Assembly: GCF_035594765.1 (NCBI RefSeq)
Contig: NC_085841.1
Span: 304,243,402 to 304,307,401, forward strand
Reading direction: 5' to 3'
Length of the DNA stretch: 64,000 bases
Source of the DNA: Anolis carolinensis
Taxonomy: Eukaryota
A model generated the notes under the pieces. The model was not told where the DNA came from and did no database searches. It saw nothing but the letters and a program-made list of their open reading frames with translations. Made by a program: the position numbers and the translations under genes. Positions 62,105-64,000 of the stretch are shown here, piece by piece; within the stretch, counting starts at the first letter, position 1, and every line of letters begins with the position of its first letter.

Positions 62105-64000
62105 TTATTGCAAGGAGCAGAGACTATGCCCTTCTTGTTTAATCTCAATATTTATATATAATAAATAAAAACAAAAAAAATTACATATGTTTTCTTGTCT
62201 GTTTGATATGTGAGGGAATTGCACCTTGCAAGTTAGTTGTCAAGAGAACATAACGTGAAATTATATTTCTCAGTGAAGTCATAAATTAACTATTTTTTCT
62301 TGCTGAAGTCATATATCATTTGCATTGTGGAAGACACTGTCTGTTCAGGGTGATGGAGTGTATAAGGGATGAAGTGGGGAGATGAGTGAATGAAAATGAA
62401 TGGTAAGAGTGGAATATGATGACTAAGAGTGTGGTGGAGCCTCCTTCTCTGGAGGTTTTTCAGCAAAGGTTACATGGCCATCATTCAGGAATGCTTTGAT
62501 TTTGTGTTTTTGCATGACTGAGAATTGGACGATCAATTCGGCTTCTCTTCAGCCATCAGAAAAGCTTCAAGCTAATGAAAGAGCATGGAAAGGAGGTCTA
62601 ACATGCTTTGTGACTCTCCAGCGTAGATTCTCAGTAACCCAAAATTTGTTGAGGTTAGTAAAAGGCTGTATCCTAGACAAACACTGCAGGAGGAAAATGC
62701 CGGTTCAAATAGGCAAACAAGCTATATTTCAGACAGATTTCCCACCATGCTTGCAATCATCCTTAAAGGCTTTTCTGGATGTATCGTATTGCACAGATGT
62801 AGGGTATTGTAGACATACATTTAGCAACAATCAGGATGAGGTCCTTATAATTTATGAACATGCAACCACTGCATCAATCTCTGATGCTCTTAGAAATGCT
62901 GTAGGTTAGTGGTTCTCAAACACTGGTTTTCCAGGTGTGTGGGACTTCAGCTCCCAGAATCCCTGACCCAGAGGACATGTTGACTGGGGCTTCTGTGAGT
63001 TGAAGTCCCAGATACCTGAAGAACCCAGCTGTGAGAAGCACAGCTATACACCATTGATAACATACAACCTCAACCCACCAATAGATGCAAACTATATGCA
63101 GCGATAAATGTGATCTCAAATACATGTCTTTATTTCATACAGAGCAGAGACATAAATAAGGCTTTTGCTTAAATGTGGTGCAATGTGAGTCGTATAAGCT
63201 GTTCATTGATTGCTAATGGGCATCCAGAATGAGTTGGAAACTGCAGAAGTGAAACTGAAGGTCATTGTAAAAACAGTAATATTTAGGACAGGCTATGATT
63301 GGGGCGGGGGGGAAGGGAGACTGAATTGGTAGCTAAAGAATGCTGCAAGCAATGGGTTCATGGATACTGTATAGAAGGCCTTTTCGACTCCAGGGTTTGA
63401 CCTCAGAGCAGTATCTGGAAACTAGACATTGAAGGGTTTTTCCTGCATTTAATGAACATTGTTTCGAAGGCTGCAGCAGCCTGTGGGATTTATGAGTGAC
63501 AACAGAAATCATACCAAAGCTGAGTGCAGAGCTGTGAGCAGCTTCAATTGCACAGATGTGGAGCTAATCAGCCACAGAATACAAAAGGAATCCAGTGGGT
63601 GAACTTTTCTAAACAACAAACTGGGGAGCATTTTACTTATGTTGATGTTTTGTTTTGGAAGCTGGTCTGGCTTTTTAAATGGTGTTTTTAAGTGGGGTCA
63701 TCACCTTCCTTGAAAAGATGGCTTTCACTTTTCCCCTACAGTGGAGCACTCACTTTTGTGTTATCAGGATTTACTAACTGGGCTTAACTGATAAATGATG
63801 GCTGACATCTTATTGGTGACATACACACACACAAGGAGCTATTTTTTCTCTTGCTCTTGTACTCCATCCCAAAACCCAGGAATGGCGGCTACTATCTCTT
63901 ACTGGTGAGAAAGGGGAGGCAATTCACCGTGAAGATAGGATTGCTTTCGTTTTTGAGGGAAAGAAAAGGGGAGAGCATGCCATCTGCAAGAGTAGGTTTT

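Noticed and set aside
62200-64000. Next syntenic gene (FAM180B expected from recalled mammalian order) or ORF 62496-62909
   Set aside because: No recognisable coding exon; the ORF starts in a CR1 remnant and looks random

Overview
Eukaryotic, intron-rich vertebrate DNA, most likely a squamate lizard such as Anolis. That assignment is inferred from the repeat set: Sauria and 5S-derived SINEs, CR1, L2, RTE, Penelope-like elements, Helitrons, and hAT and Tc1/mariner MITEs. The window holds the four-gene cluster CELF1(-) / PTPMT1(+) / KBTBD4(-) / NDUFS3(+), the order I recall from human 11p11.2. There are two CpG-island bidirectional promoters (~33.3 kb and ~48.0 kb) and a tail-to-tail PTPMT1/KBTBD4 junction (~40.15 kb). 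I reconstructed exons by hand from GT-AG sites, and the reading phases are consistent. PTPMT1, KBTBD4 and NDUFS3 are complete; CELF1 lacks its RRM3 exons, which lie left of the window. Most notable: (1) an apparently intact minimal hammerhead ribozyme in a Penelope-like insertion beside the KBTBD4/NDUFS3 promoter, while the host-sense copies are mutated; (2) Phe instead of Ser in the PTPMT1 catalytic P-loop; (3) a DNA transposon carrying a CpG-rich insert just upstream of the CELF1 alternative-start exon; (4) a TG..CA hairpin MITE with a 5-bp TSD; (5) nested and mosaic transposons; (6) a candidate CELF1 poison exon. I found no convincingly new protein-coding system. Family names come from recalled motifs, not database searches.
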